Part shown: one piece after another, positions 51,722-52,407 of the stretch | Layout of the letters: each line of letters starts with the position of its first letter | Position numbering within the stretch: position 1 is the first letter of the stretch | Source: Octopus bimaculoides | Lineage: Eukaryota | Reading direction: 5' to 3' | DNA length: 52,407 bases | Assembly: GCF_001194135.2 (NCBI RefSeq) | Contig: NC_068992.1 | Location: 20,377,411 to 20,429,817 of the forward strand | Position numbers and translations under genes: made by a program | The notes under the pieces: generated by a model | The model's database searches: none | Seen by the model: the letters and a program-made list of their open reading frames with translations, nothing else | Told to the model about the DNA's origin: nothing

Positions 51722-51792
51722 CTGCAGTGCCAGGAATTTACTTAGCAGACAATTCATATCATACAACCTTCAATATACCTGTATATATTAAG
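51722..51792 (+). CDS. Candidate internal coding exon (xAVPGIYLADNSYHTTFNIPVYIK)
   Basis: Acceptor ttatttaaatctttgcag|, donor AAG|GTAAAG. Only the phase-1-start frame is open, which matches the exon at 46411-46463. Confidence 0.35.
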
Positions 51793-52373
51793 GTAAAGAC
51801 AGAGCAGCGCAAAAAATGTCTATAAAACTCATAACTTGGAAAAATTCTGGTAAGCGAAATCAAAAATCTCTTCTGGAACATTGTTGCGCCAGACATATTA
51901 ACTGTCCTCTCGAAAGTATCTCATACGAAAATATATGAAAATCAAATTAAAGATATTTTCTCCAAATAGCCGTGAAACAAAAACTTATCCAGTGTTTACT
52001 GGAAACCTTTTATTAAAAATTTATCTTACAAATACATATTCAGCCACTTAAACCACACTTCACGGCATTGCTATCAAAGTATATTTCTAATTTAAAAGAG
52101 TATGCGTTTGTACTTTACCGTCCTTCCTAAACACGAACTTACAGTGATGCACTGACGTACACTTATACATACACGAAAACACACATAAAGACACACAATA
52201 TGTTACATACACATTAGCGATGTCAAACTGTAGTTGTTGACTATGCTTCTGTGCCTCAAGCAGTTATGAGTTTAAATTGCTAGTATAAATAAATATTCCA
52301 CGGATAAATCTCAATTGTCTCCATGCTATAAATTTATTCTACGCATAACGAACAAGGACAACAAGGTATACGC

Positions 52374-52407
<34 letters not shown>

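Noticed and set aside
1-52407. Deeply conserved miRNAs, snRNA or rRNA
   Set aside because: I checked by eye for several remembered mature miRNA sequences and found none; an Infernal/Rfam scan would be needed to exclude others.

Overview
AT-rich, repeat-dense animal DNA with about 20 assembly gaps (about 6.3 kb of N by my count, roughly 12%), nearly all next to microsatellites. The SINE families and microsatellite load suggest an Octopus short-read assembly (inference from repeat recognition, not a database search). Most of the ORF track is artefact from (TA)n/(CA)n/trinucleotide tracts and N runs. Well supported content: many copies of at least four SINE-like families (two with visible target-site duplications), two dead mariner transposase remnants, remnants of RLE-endonuclease LINEs, a 227 bp hairpin element and a pair of ~310-340 bp inverted repeats. 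I could not name any gene. The best gene-like signal is a GC-richer island at 48.56-49.11 kb: TATAAATA, clustered ACGT-core motifs, an ATG-TAG start-stop element and an 87-aa ORF I do not recognise. A second CpG-rich, promoter-like island with paired minus-strand splice donors lies at 24.05-24.83 kb. Scattered small exon candidates occur on both strands but are low confidence. Nothing here establishes a new biological system; the findings are testable leads.
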